Assembly (NCBI GenBank): GCA_040218735.1 | Contig: JAVJQW010000008.1 | Coordinates: forward strand, 96,001-160,000 | Source of the DNA: Deltaproteobacteria bacterium | GTDB taxonomy: Bacteria; Myxococcota; Kuafuiibacteriia; Kuafuiibacteriales; Kuafuiibacteriaceae | Direction: 5' to 3' | Length of the DNA: 64,000 nt | The notes under the pieces: generated by a model | The model's database searches: none | What the model was told of the DNA's origin: nothing | Seen by the model: the letters and a program-made list of their open reading frames with translations, nothing else | In this document: piece by piece, positions 20,249 to 27,727 of the stretch | Numbering within the stretch: the first letter of the stretch is position 1 | Layout: every line of letters starts with the position of its first letter | Program-made: the position numbers and the translations under genes

Positions 20249-21595
20249 ATGTCCGACGAGCACCAGGGACCGGTCGGGAAACGTCAGCGTTTCTTCAAGC
20301 TCGCGTCGATGACCGCGTCCGTCGCGGGGAACTACGCGAAGTCGCGCGTGAAGGGGGCGTTCTCCACCGCCGAGGAGGCCGCGAAGGATCGCGCGCGTTC
20401 CTACGCGGAGTCCGGCGAGAAGATCGCGCAGACCCTCGGCGAGCTGAAGGGCGCCGCGATGAAGCTCGGGCAGATGGCGTCGATCACCGCGGACGTCCTC
20501 CCGAAGGAGATCCAGGGCGCGCTGACGAAGCTCCAGAAGGAAGCGCCGCCGATGCCGTACGAGGTCATCGCGGATCAGATCCACAGTGAGTTCGGCGCGC
20601 GTCCGGAGATGTTGTTCGAGCACTTCGAGCAAACACCCTTCGCTTCCGCCTCCATCGGGCAGGTCCACCGCGCGCGCGTCGACGACGGCCGCGAGGTCGT
20701 GGTGAAGATCCAGTACCCAGGGGTGGACGCGACCGTCGACTCCGACCTCCGTCACCTCAAGCTCGCCATTCGCGCGAGTGGGTTGGTGCCGGCCGCGAAC
20801 AAGAACAACCTCGACGCGCTCTTCGCGGAGATCCGTGAACGCCTCCACGAGGAGCTCGACTACTGCAACGAGGCGGACAACGTTCGCCTCTTCCGCGACT
20901 TCCACAAGGACCATGAGTTCGTCGTCATCCCGAACGTGGTCGGAGAGCGGAGCAGCCAACGTGTCCTCACGCTGACCTACGAGCCGGGCGTCGACATCAA
21001 TCACCTCGACGAGGCCGGCTTCACGCAACAGGCGCGCGACCGCATCGGCCGCAACCTCTTCCTCATCACGCTCGAGCAGCTGTTCGTCCTGCAGGCGCTG
21101 CAGGCGGATCCGAACCCCGCGAACTTCGCGTTCCGCGAGGACGGCACCGTCGTCATGTACGACTTCGGTTGTGTGAAGCGCGTGAAACCGGAGATCGCGG
21201 AGGCGTATCGGCGCACGCTGCGTGCCGGAGTGGATGAAGACTACGCGGCGGTGGAGCAGGGGCTCCTCGATCTCGGCGCACGTCGATCGGGCGGGCCGGT
21301 CGTCGAGCACGACTACTACAAACTCTGGCGCGACACGTTGTTGCTCCCGTTCAAGACGGAGGAGCCGTTCGACTACGGCGCGTCGCAGATTCACGAGGAC
21401 GTGAAGAAACTCATCCCCGGGATCCTGAAGCGGCTGAATTCGTTTCAGGCGCCGGTGGAGATCGTGTTTGTCGACCGCGTGGTCGGCGGGCACTACGGGA
21501 ACCTGCGCACCGTTCGCTCGCGGGGCCGATTCCTCGACCTCGTGCTGCCCTACCTCGAGGAGCCGCCGCGCTCCGTCGCCGCGCAGTACACATGA
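20249..21595 (+). CDS. ABC1/UbiB/AarF-family atypical kinase
   Basis: LKGAAMKLGQ (KxGQ), FASASIGQVH, VVVKIQYPG, EELDY, ADPNPAN, YDFGC. Confidence 0.93.
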   Translation: MSDEHQGPVGKRQRFFKLASMTASVAGNYAKSRVKGAFSTAEEAAKDRARSYAESGEKIAQTLGELKGAAMKLGQMASITADVLPKEIQGALTKLQKEAPPMPYEVIADQIHSEFGARPEMLFEHFEQTPFASASIGQVHRARVDDGREVVVKIQYPGVDATVDSDLRHLKLAIRASGLVPAANKNNLDALFAEIRERLHEELDYCNEADNVRLFRDFHKDHEFVVIPNVVGERSSQRVLTLTYEPGVDINHLDEAGFTQQARDRIGRNLFLITLEQLFVLQALQADPNPANFAFREDGTVVMYDFGCVKRVKPEIAEAYRRTLRAGVDEDYAAVEQGLLDLGARRSGGPVVEHDYYKLWRDTLLLPFKTEEPFDYGASQIHEDVKKLIPGILKRLNSFQAPVEIVFVDRVVGGHYGNLRTVRSRGRFLDLVLPYLEEPPRSVAAQYT

Positions 21596-22272
21596 TCGCG
21601 GTCGCTCTCCTGCTCGCGGCGCAGATCACGGGGACGTCGACGGGCGCCGTGGACGCGCGCGGTCGCGGCGCCGCGACCGCCTGGGAGATGCGCAGCCGTC
21701 TGATGGGCGGCTGGTTCACGAAGGAGGAGGTCGTCGAGCACGTCACCGCGCTACCGGTCGACGAACGGAAGGAGTTCCTCACCGCTTGGACGATGGCGGC
21801 GCCCAACTCCGAGGACAGCCTGTTCATCCGTCGGGCGGTGCAGCACTCGATCGATCACCACGACGAGATCGAAGCCCGCACGACGCCGGGACGACCGAAG
21901 CTCCCCATCGAGGAGCCGCCGCCGACGATCGAGGGCGACCGAGAACCCGACCCTCCGCCCAAGGTCGAGGACCGCCCCGAGCCCTTCGTCGCGGGCCTGG
22001 CGTCGTTCCTGTTCGGGCTCGGGATCGGCAACTTCTACGCGGGTGCGATCGACTACGGCGCCGCGATGCTCATCCTCGAGCTGCTCAGCGGAGCGGCGCT
22101 GGCCATCGGGCTCGGCGCCGACGACACCGGCCTCGCGATCGGCGGCGGTGTCATGCTGGGTTGCGTGTGGGTCGGGGACTGGGTGGGCGCGTACGTGAAC
22201 GCCTCGACGTGGCGGCCCGCGCGGCTCCCGGAGCAGGGGACCAACGTGCGCTTGATCGATCTCCGGTTCTGA
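21592..22272 (+). CDS. Hypothetical exported/membrane protein, tandem paralog 1
   Basis: Signal-like N-terminus, AWEMRSRLMGG motif, Pro-rich linker, TM2-like FGLGIGNFYAG, ends LIDLRF. ATGA overlap with the ABC1 gene. Confidence 0.8.
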   Translation: MIAVALLLAAQITGTSTGAVDARGRGAATAWEMRSRLMGGWFTKEEVVEHVTALPVDERKEFLTAWTMAAPNSEDSLFIRRAVQHSIDHHDEIEARTTPGRPKLPIEEPPPTIEGDREPDPPPKVEDRPEPFVAGLASFLFGLGIGNFYAGAIDYGAAMLILELLSGAALAIGLGADDTGLAIGGGVMLGCVWVGDWVGAYVNASTWRPARLPEQGTNVRLIDLRF

Positions 22273-22290
22273 TAAAACCTCCGCGCGGAA

Positions 22291-22995
22291 ATGATCGCGG
22301 TCCTTCTCCTCGTCGCACTACAAACTCATACCGCGACGGCCTCCGAACGTTTCGACCCCCGGGGACAGGGCGCATCGCTCGCGTGGGAGATGAGGAACAA
22401 ACTCATGAGTGGGTTGGTCTCCCCGCAGGAGGTCGTCCGCGTCGTGACTTCGCGGCCGGTCGCGGACCGACGCGCCTTCCTCGGCGCGTGGACCATGGCG
22501 GCGCCGTCGACGGAGGAGGCCATCGAGATCCGTCGCGCCGTCGAGGACTCGATCGAGTTCGGCGAGGTCATCGAAAAGGAGACCGAACCGGGTAAGGCGA
22601 AGGTGCCTCGCCTTCCCCCTCCGGAGGACGCGGCCAAGCCGCCGCCCACGATCTTCGAGATTCCGCCGCCCCGCGCGCCCGATGCGCCGAGCCCCTACGC
22701 GGCGGGGGCCTTGTCGTTCTTCTTCGGGATGGGCATCGGCAACCACTACGCCGGCGCCCACCTCTACGGGATCGGCGTCCTCGTCGCGGAGGTCGTGGGC
22801 ATCCTCGTCGCGGTCGCCGGCGCGGGGAGCGGCGAGAGCTCGCTGACCATCCTCGGGTTGCTGACGTTCGTCGGCGGCTGGATCGCCGACTGGAGCGGCG
22901 CGGTCTATCACGCCGTGAACTGGAAGGTGTCGCCGAACGCCCGCTACGTCGAAGGCGGGCGCGTCGGCGTACAGCTGATCGACCTTCGCTTCTAG
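22291..22995 (+). CDS. Hypothetical exported/membrane protein, tandem paralog 2
   Basis: Same architecture as paralog 1: AWEMRNKLMSG, FLGAWTMAAP, FGMGIGNHYAG, ends LIDLRF. Confidence 0.8.
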   Translation: MIAVLLLVALQTHTATASERFDPRGQGASLAWEMRNKLMSGLVSPQEVVRVVTSRPVADRRAFLGAWTMAAPSTEEAIEIRRAVEDSIEFGEVIEKETEPGKAKVPRLPPPEDAAKPPPTIFEIPPPRAPDAPSPYAAGALSFFFGMGIGNHYAGAHLYGIGVLVAEVVGILVAVAGAGSGESSLTILGLLTFVGGWIADWSGAVYHAVNWKVSPNARYVEGGRVGVQLIDLRF

Positions 22996-23008
22996 GGAGG
23001 CGCGGCGC

Positions 23009-26000
23009 CTAGAACACCCGAACGATGCGTCCGCCCGACACCGTCTCCGTCTCGAACAGGTAGATCGAGTTGGAGGCGGCGTCGTACGTCCACGCGTAGT
23101 CGGCGCTCGCGCCGAGGTCCGCGAGGACGCCGCGGTAGATCGGTGCCGAGCTCCCGGGCAGCTCGATGACGTGGATGTCGGCCGGGTTGCCCTGGCGAAC
23201 ATACAGGTACTGCGGAGCAGCCGGGTCATCGAGGTGGATCGGGTTCGCCGACGAGCCGACGTCGACCGCGAGCATGAGCTCCGGCGTCGCCGACGGGTTG
23301 CCGAGCTCCGAGCGCAGCAGACGATAGACGCCGTCCACGTTGTCCGCGACCGAGATGCCCGTGAAGTACAGGTACGTCGCGTCGGCGGCGATGCCGTAGA
23401 CGTTGTCGATCATGTTGTTGCTCCCGAGCTGCGTCGGCGACTGGGCGGCCGCGATCGGCACGCTGAAGACGTCGACGCTGTTCGTAGCGTGCGTCGCGTA
23501 GATCAGGTTCGTCCCGTCGAAGGTCAGCGCGCGCGCATCCTGCGTCGGGTACGAGGGCGTCAGATCCCACGCCTCGGCCATGAACGACGACTGCCCGTCC
23601 CAAAGGCGGAACAACCGGTTGTTCGACGAGCTCGTGGTGTTGTCGAGGCTGAACAGCTGCTCGTCGGAGAGCGCGACGGCCCCGTAGCCGACGTTGAGCG
23701 AACCCGAGAACACCTCGACCGCCACCGTCGCGGAGGTCGTCGGGTTGGGGAAGCGCTGCACGTCGCCGCCCGAACGACCGAAGTACACCCAGCTCGGCGA
23801 CGCGGCCATCCAGTAGTCGGTGTTCCACGACGTCGAGAACGGCGTCACCGGAACCTCGGTCACGGAGGTGCCGACGCCCGTGTACACGTCCGGCGTGTCG
23901 ACGATCGTGAGCGAGGACGACGCCCCCACCGGGACCGCGATGCACAGCTCCGTGCCGATCGGAGCGGTGCGCCCCACGCCGAGCGAAGCCGGCGACGCGC
24001 TGCAGCCGAGCTCCGACGAATCGTTCGCGTCGATCACGCCGAGCTCCGTCCCGGCGTTGGCGTTGATCTGCACGCGGCCGTTCGCGACCGTGTACCGGTA
24101 CCACTCCACCGAGCCGCCCGTGGTGAGGCAGGCGGGCGCGCCGAGGCGCGCGGTGGAGGTGGGGTTGAGCGTCGTCGTCCCCGCGCCGACCAGGCGCGCC
24201 GTGGCGCAGCTCTCGCCGAGCGCCGGGACGAGCTCGCGGACTTCGACGGTTGCGCCAGGCCAGTCATCGCCCGTCGCTTCCGTCGACATCCAGATGTAGA
24301 TCGGGCCAGCGCCGGGGCCGACCACGAGCTGGCTGGTCGTGACGTCGGCGTTGCAACCGAGCGACACGCGCTGCGGGTCGCGCGAGTTGCAGCGGTCGAG
24401 GACCTCGACGTTGATGGTGTCGTTCGAGCCCGTGCCCGCCGCGACGTCGATCGTCACGATCGCGTTGGTGCTCGTGCGCGGGTACTCGACGACGGTGTCG
24501 AAGCCGTGGATGTCGCCGTACGTCGGGTGGTCGTCGCAGCTGATCGAGCCGGTGCCGCCCCAGGTCACGTCCATGTCGAACGAGTTGACCGCGGTCGACG
24601 GGATCTCCCAGACGTGGGGATCGTTTGCGTTGACGGGCGCGGTGTAGATCGCGCTCGCGGTCGTCCAGGGCAGCCAGCAACCTTCGCCCTCGGCGGCGGT
24701 CGCGGGCACCTCTTCCACGTAGACCGAACCGCCCTGGAAGCTGCCGCTCGTGTTGCGGCTGACCCAGATCCAGTACGTCCCCGCGGGCACGTCCAGGAAC
24801 GACTCGATGTCCGTGTTGTTCCAGTAGCAGTGGTGCTGGGTGCTGGTCGCGCCGACCGTGCACGCGCCGCTGAGCACCTCGACGTTGAAGCCGACGGTGT
24901 TCGCCGATACGGCGCCGACGTGCAGGAGCTCGCCGCCGTTGGCGAGGGTGTCGGACTGCTTGACGTACTCGATCACGATGTCGTCGCCGTCGCCGGAGTC
25001 GTCACACAACAGGCTCCCGTTCCCGCCGGTCGTGCCGGCCTGCACGTCGAACGTGTAGCGGCCGCCCGCAACCGAAGTTGCGTAGCCGATCGTCAGCGGC
25101 GAGCTGCAGTCGAACCCGGTGGGCGGCAGCGGCAGCGAGAAGTCGAGGAGGCCGTCGCCCAGGTAGGGGAGGCCGTTGAGTGTGTTGCCGGCGAGGTCCG
25201 TCACGCCCGAGAGGTCGAAGGTGTACGACGCGCCGACGGTGAGCGTGACCGGGTACGTGGCGGTGAGCCCGTCGCCGGAGAGCGCGCCGGTGAGCTGGAC
25301 CGAGGTCGTGCCGTCCGAGAGCGGCGCATCGATCGTCTGCGGATCGACGGCTTCGCTGAACTGCACGACGATCTGGGACACGGTCGCGACGACGTTGTTG
25401 TCACCTTCGGCCGGCGTCGTGCTCGCGACGGTCGGTGCCGTGTTGTCGGGCGGCGTTGAGAAGTCGAGCCACCCGTCGCCGAGCGCCGTCGAGGGGACGG
25501 CGTTGCCCGCGAGGTCCGTGAAGCCGGTGACCTCGAGGCGGTAGTCGCGGCCGAGCGCGAGGAGGCCGGTGATGTCGAACGTGATCGTCTCGTCGGACCA
25601 GGTCCCCGTCAGCGTGACGCTGGTCTGGGTGGTGGTGTCCTCGAACGTCGCCGTCGAGGCGGTCGTGGTCATCGGCTCGTCGAACGTCACCGAGATCTGC
25701 GACAGCCCGACCGGCACGTTCGGCGTGCCCTCGGCCGGCGTGGTCGTCGCGATGCCGGGTGCGCCGGTGTCGGCCATGGTCGTGAAGTCGAGCGCGCCGT
25801 CCGTGAGGTAGGTCGTCCGGTCGAGCGCGTTGCCGGCGATGTCCGTGAAGCCGTTCAGCGCGAGGCGGTAGGTGACGCCGCCTGCGAGCGTGACGCGGTA
25901 GGTGACCTGCGTGTCGTCGCCGCTCCAGTTCGGCGTGACCGTCGCGGTGCCCGCGCCGGTGAGGACGGCGGTGCCCACGCTGTCGTCCATCGCTTCGCTG

Positions 26001-26803
26001 AAGGTGATGATGATGTCGGTCGAGCCGGCGGCGACGTCCGCCGCGCCCTCGGCCGGGACGGTGACGGTGACGACCGGCGGCTCGGTGTCGACGCCGGAGG
26101 CGGTCGTGAAGTCGAGCTGGTCGTTGCCGAGCGAGGTGATGTCGGCGTCGTTGCCCGCGACGTCGGTGAACCCGGCGAGCGTGATTGCGTAGGTCGTCGA
26201 AGCCTCGAGGCCGCTGAGGACGTAGGTGATGACGGTGTCGCCGCTCGACCACGTCGGCGCGCCGATCGTGGCGTTGCCGTCGATCGTCGCGGTGCCGTTG
26301 TTGGTGTCCATCGCCTCGGAGAACGTGAAGCGCACCGCGGCGAGGTTCAGCGGGATGTCCGTCGCGTCGTCGCTGGGCATCGTGGAGACCAGGACGGGGT
26401 CCTCCTCGTCGGGCTCGGCGGCGGTCGTGAACGTGAACGACTCCGCAGCGGCGGGGACGCTCGCGGTGCTCTCGAAGTTCATGAGGCGGACCGTGTACTC
26501 GGTGTCCGCGATGAGGTCCGCGGGGGGCTGCGCGGTGATCTTGGTGCCGCCGCTGCTCCAGCTCCCGGCCAGGGGGCCGCCGGGGTCGAGGACGATCGAT
26601 CCGGCTCCCTCGTTCATGGCGATCGAGAACTGCACTTCGATCGCGGTGGTCACGGCGATGTCGGTGGCGCCGTCGACGGGGCGGGTCGAGGTGATGGTCG
26701 GTGTGACGACGCCGTCGTCGCCTCCGTCGTCGTCGCCGCTGCAGGCGGCGGCGAGGAGAAGCCCGAGGGGGAGTGTGTGTCGGAGGATTGTGGTGCGGAA
26801 CAT
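23009..26803 (-). CDS. Large surface lipoprotein: five Ig-like (Big_5-type) domains, three Cys-containing modules and a C-terminal beta-propeller
   Basis: Lipobox LAAAC. Five ~105-aa repeats (PxxxxTxPxxGA...FSEAMD...TDxAGN...LDFTT). Modules begin GFDC, GEGC and GESC. Confidence 0.85.
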   Translation of the reverse strand: MFRTTILRHTLPLGLLLAAACSGDDDGGDDGVVTPTITSTRPVDGATDIAVTTAIEVQFSIAMNEGAGSIVLDPGGPLAGSWSSGGTKITAQPPADLIADTEYTVRLMNFESTASVPAAAESFTFTTAAEPDEEDPVLVSTMPSDDATDIPLNLAAVRFTFSEAMDTNNGTATIDGNATIGAPTWSSGDTVITYVLSGLEASTTYAITLAGFTDVAGNDADITSLGNDQLDFTTASGVDTEPPVVTVTVPAEGAADVAAGSTDIIITFSEAMDDSVGTAVLTGAGTATVTPNWSGDDTQVTYRVTLAGGVTYRLALNGFTDIAGNALDRTTYLTDGALDFTTMADTGAPGIATTTPAEGTPNVPVGLSQISVTFDEPMTTTASTATFEDTTTQTSVTLTGTWSDETITFDITGLLALGRDYRLEVTGFTDLAGNAVPSTALGDGWLDFSTPPDNTAPTVASTTPAEGDNNVVATVSQIVVQFSEAVDPQTIDAPLSDGTTSVQLTGALSGDGLTATYPVTLTVGASYTFDLSGVTDLAGNTLNGLPYLGDGLLDFSLPLPPTGFDCSSPLTIGYATSVAGGRYTFDVQAGTTGGNGSLLCDDSGDGDDIVIEYVKQSDTLANGGELLHVGAVSANTVGFNVEVLSGACTVGATSTQHHCYWNNTDIESFLDVPAGTYWIWVSRNTSGSFQGGSVYVEEVPATAAEGEGCWLPWTTASAIYTAPVNANDPHVWEIPSTAVNSFDMDVTWGGTGSISCDDHPTYGDIHGFDTVVEYPRTSTNAIVTIDVAAGTGSNDTINVEVLDRCNSRDPQRVSLGCNADVTTSQLVVGPGAGPIYIWMSTEATGDDWPGATVEVRELVPALGESCATARLVGAGTTTLNPTSTARLGAPACLTTGGSVEWYRYTVANGRVQINANAGTELGVIDANDSSELGCSASPASLGVGRTAPIGTELCIAVPVGASSSLTIVDTPDVYTGVGTSVTEVPVTPFSTSWNTDYWMAASPSWVYFGRSGGDVQRFPNPTTSATVAVEVFSGSLNVGYGAVALSDEQLFSLDNTTSSSNNRLFRLWDGQSSFMAEAWDLTPSYPTQDARALTFDGTNLIYATHATNSVDVFSVPIAAAQSPTQLGSNNMIDNVYGIAADATYLYFTGISVADNVDGVYRLLRSELGNPSATPELMLAVDVGSSANPIHLDDPAAPQYLYVRQGNPADIHVIELPGSSAPIYRGVLADLGASADYAWTYDAASNSIYLFETETVSGGRIVRVF

Positions 26804-26832
26804 GATTCGGTGCGTTGCCCTATACGTGGCCG

Positions 26833-26877
26833 GCGCCCCCCGGGGCCGTTCGAAGATCGACCACGGGGTGCTTTTTT
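26833..26877 (+). terminator. Imperfect GC-rich hairpin followed by a T6 tract; possible intrinsic terminator
   Basis: GCGCCCC...GGGGTGC stem then TTTTTT. The T-tract is on the + strand while both flanking genes are on the - strand, so the function is uncertain. Confidence 0.35.
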
Positions 26878-26968
26878 ATTCGGAGCGGACGGAGCCCGCG
26901 GCATCTTCTGCGTGGTGGCGGAGGCTCGTCATCAGATCTCCCCACCAGCGACCGAGCTCGGCCAGGAA
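26876..26968 (-). pseudogene. 3' remnant of a deleted gene (SRPBCC/Aha1-like C-terminus) overlapping the ArsR tail
   Basis: An alternative frame reads FLAELGRWWGDLMTSLRHHAEDAAGSVRSE* with mostly GC-ending codons and no start of its own. From memory it resembles the C-terminal helix of SRPBCC proteins that follow VOC-ArsR genes. Confidence 0.5.
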
Positions 26969-27249
26969 GGGTCCCAGAATGCCTCGACGTCTTCGATCCA
27001 GGCGCGCGCCTCGGAGAAGCGATCCTTCTTCAGGCGGTACAGTCGCACGCGTGCGTCGTCCTCCTGGATCTCTTCCTCCACGAGACCCGCACGCCGCAGG
27101 ATCCTCAGGTGCCGGCTCATCGCCGGGCGGCTGACGTCCATGGCCTCCGCGAGATCACTCGAGCGGCACGGCGACGCGCTCAGGCGCGCCACCACCGCGA
27201 GGCGGGTCGGGTCGGAGAGCGCTGCGAAGGTGTCGACGAGCTCGGTCAT
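26932..27249 (-). CDS. ArsR/SmtB-family transcriptional repressor
   Basis: TFAALSDPTRLAVV...DLAEAMDVSRPAMSRHLRILRRAGLV...RVRLYRL. ATG 27249 overlaps the VOC stop (ATGA). Confidence 0.9.
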   Translation of the reverse strand: MTELVDTFAALSDPTRLAVVARLSASPCRSSDLAEAMDVSRPAMSRHLRILRRAGLVEEEIQEDDARVRLYRLKKDRFSEARAWIEDVEAFWDPSWPSSVAGGEI

Positions 27250-27683
27250 CCGCGGACGCGCTGCATGAACCACCAGCGGTGGCCTTCGAAGTCGACGGCG
27301 AGGTACGTGCGGTCCGACCAGTAGTCGTCGCCGTAGTCGTGGGTCGTCGGCTCCATCGAGATCTCGGCGCCGGCTTCGCGCGCGTGTGCGCAGTGTGCGT
27401 CGACGTCGTCCACCACGATGCACATCGTCTGGGTGTTGCCGCCCGCGAAGTGCTTCGGCGACTGCGCGAACTCACGCCCGGGGCGCTTGGAGCCTGCGGT
27501 GCCGACCATGATCAGGCCGTCTCCGTAGGTGAGCTCGGAGTGTTCGATGCTGCCGCCCTCGCCCTCGATCTTCAGGCGTACGTCGAACCCGAACGCGCTA
27601 CAGATCCAGTCGATCGCCTTGGCGGGATCCTCGTAGAAGATCGCGGATGAGATGCGGGGCCAGCCTTCGGGAGTTGGTTTCAT
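27246..27683 (-). CDS. VOC/glyoxalase (bleomycin-resistance-like) protein
   Basis: YEDPAKAIDWICSAFGF...HSELTYGDGLIMVG...VDDVDAHCAHAREAGA...DFEGHRWWF. Confidence 0.92.
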   Translation of the reverse strand: MKPTPEGWPRISSAIFYEDPAKAIDWICSAFGFDVRLKIEGEGGSIEHSELTYGDGLIMVGTAGSKRPGREFAQSPKHFAGGNTQTMCIVVDDVDAHCAHAREAGAEISMEPTTHDYGDDYWSDRTYLAVDFEGHRWWFMQRVRG

Positions 27684-27689
27684 TCTGAC

Positions 27690-27722
27690 AAAATAGTTAA
27701 TCGATGTGTTAACTACCGTCAA
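27690..27722 (-). promoter_or_regulatory. Promoter with a palindromic operator (probable ArsR site) for the VOC-ArsR operon
   Basis: Perfect inverted repeat TAGTTAA-N8-TTAACTA at 27694-27715 in an AT-rich patch. On the minus strand, TTGACG at 27722-27717 and TATTTT 6 nt before ATG 27683. Confidence 0.75.
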
Positions 27723-27727
27723 GCGCC

